From the NCBI RefSeq assembly GCF_009914755.1, contig NC_060930.1: a stretch of 64,000 nt of DNA; one strand, given 5' to 3'. Shown one piece after another: positions 63,362-64,000 of the stretch (position 1 is its first letter; each line of letters begins with the position of its first letter). Made by a program: the position numbers and the translations under genes. Source of the DNA: the human T2T-CHM13v2.0 reference genome, Homo sapiens. The notes under the pieces are model-generated. The model searched no databases. It was not told where the DNA came from and saw only the letters and a list, made by a program, of their open reading frames with translations.

Positions 63362-64000
63362 CTTGGAGTTTTCTTATTCAAGATATTCTCCTGGCTCACT
63401 CTTTTACTTCATTCAGGTCAAAGAGTTCTTCCCTGACCCCTCTTATTACTCTGCTTTGTTTTCATAGCTTTTATGACATTTTATTGCATTTTTTTACTAT
63501 ATATTTATTGTTTATATGAAAATTTTCTACACAGGCCCCAGAAGGAATTTTATTCCTCACTAATGTATCCTTAGCATCTAGAAGAGTGGCTGGGGCCCAT
63601 GGCAGGTATTTAAAGAATATTTAAGGAATGGATGAAAAGCATGGGTTGCATTTAAACTGGGACTTGACAAGGTGGAAAGATCAAGGGCATCGGGGATATG
63701 AGGAAGTTGTTAAGAATATAGCTGGCCATGGATTCATAGGAAAATATGAAGGTAGGGAGGTAAGGAGGCTGAGTAAGCTGGGAGCTGGGAGATGGGTGGT
63801 GGTAGGGGTGGGTCAAGGAATCAATGAGTGGGTGTAGCAGAAGGAATGGGAGACAGGAACTTGTAGTAAAAGGGAGGCTGGAGTTGGATATTCTAGAGAA
63901 AAGAAGTATGAGTCAATTGAGTGATTATGAATTTTCTCAGAATGGTGACTACATTTTCCTCATCTATCTATCTTCTGTGGTCAGTATTGAGTTTGGCACA

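Overview
Human genomic DNA, recognisable as the MOCS1 locus (chr6p21.2 from memory, not checked). Bases 1 to ~19.8 kb hold the 5' part of MOCS1 (radical-SAM GTP 3',8-cyclase MOCS1A) on the minus strand: a CpG-island promoter, exon 1a, the alternative 1b/1c block and three further coding exons. The gene continues past base 1. The remaining ~44 kb is repeat-rich upstream DNA with an RPL23 processed pseudogene, many Alu/L1/MaLR/ERVL/hAT elements, a near-complete THE1, an HSMAR2 transposase fragment and a MADE1 MITE. I found no new protein-coding system; most ORFs in the track are repeat-derived or low-complexity artefacts. The most unusual items are a ~1 kb, ~98% purine G-rich compound repeat in MOCS1 intron 2 (possibly a large repeat expansion), a 5'-inverted twin-priming-type Alu, an L1 insertion with an inverted target duplication, a short locally templated insertion and a candidate divergent spliced transcript from the MOCS1 promoter. 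Repeat subfamily names come from recalled consensus sequences, and old-repeat boundaries are approximate.
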